Source: a virus
Taxonomy: Duplodnaviria; Caudoviricetes
Length of the DNA: 36,204 bases
Virus record (IMG/VR): IMGVR_UViG_3300025018_000319
Span: 1 to 36,204 of that record
Direction: 5' to 3' (one strand)
The translations under genes were made by a program, and so were the position numbers. Positions 36,088 to 36,204 of this stretch are shown here, piece after piece (positions within the stretch are counted from its first letter, which is position 1; every line of letters starts with the position of its first letter). A model generated the notes under the pieces. That model made no database searches and was not told the origin of the DNA. It saw only the letters and a program-made list of their open reading frames with translations.

Positions 36088-36204
36088 GATGACATCAAAC
36101 AATTTGGGTATTATGAAAACCTTGCTTTGTATCTGATGACTGAGCAGGAAGTCTATAATCTATTTGAGAACAATTTCAGGATGACCGAGGATGCTAAGAC
36201 TAAA
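36078..36204. repeat. 127-bp copy of 453-579 joined to the terminal overlap through a 10-bp microhomology
   Basis: Exact match; ATTGCTCGAT is present at both 90-99 and 453-462. Confidence 0.9.

Overview
The window is essentially one complete, circularly permuted genome (unit length about 35,988 bp) of an HK97-fold siphovirus-like dsDNA phage. All credible genes are on the + strand. Gene order: ParB-like protein and TAGT-like glycosyltransferase; terminase; portal and MuF; protease and capsid; a glycosyltransferase-methyltransferase-glycosyltransferase cassette; a fibre gene in the head module; neck and tail genes; RBP; an origin-like intergenic element; a lysis region of small membrane proteins plus a papain-like protease; and early recombination/replication genes with three HNH endonucleases. 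I found no integrase, CRISPR array or tRNA. Starts lack Shine-Dalgarno sites while promoters are sigma70-type, which suggests a Patescibacteria (CPR)-like host (inference only). The most notable item is a candidate virion-glycosylation system whose first glycosyltransferase carries an N-terminal copy of the small protein encoded right after the capsid gene. Other points of interest: an in-frame TGA in the TAGT-like gene, a probable -1 frameshift fusing portal and MuF, an iteron/DnaA-box origin detached from the rep gene, inserted genes that duplicate the C-terminus of their upstream neighbour, and a strand-biased TCACGATCA motif in a GATC-depleted genome. All family calls come from motif recognition by eye, not database searches.
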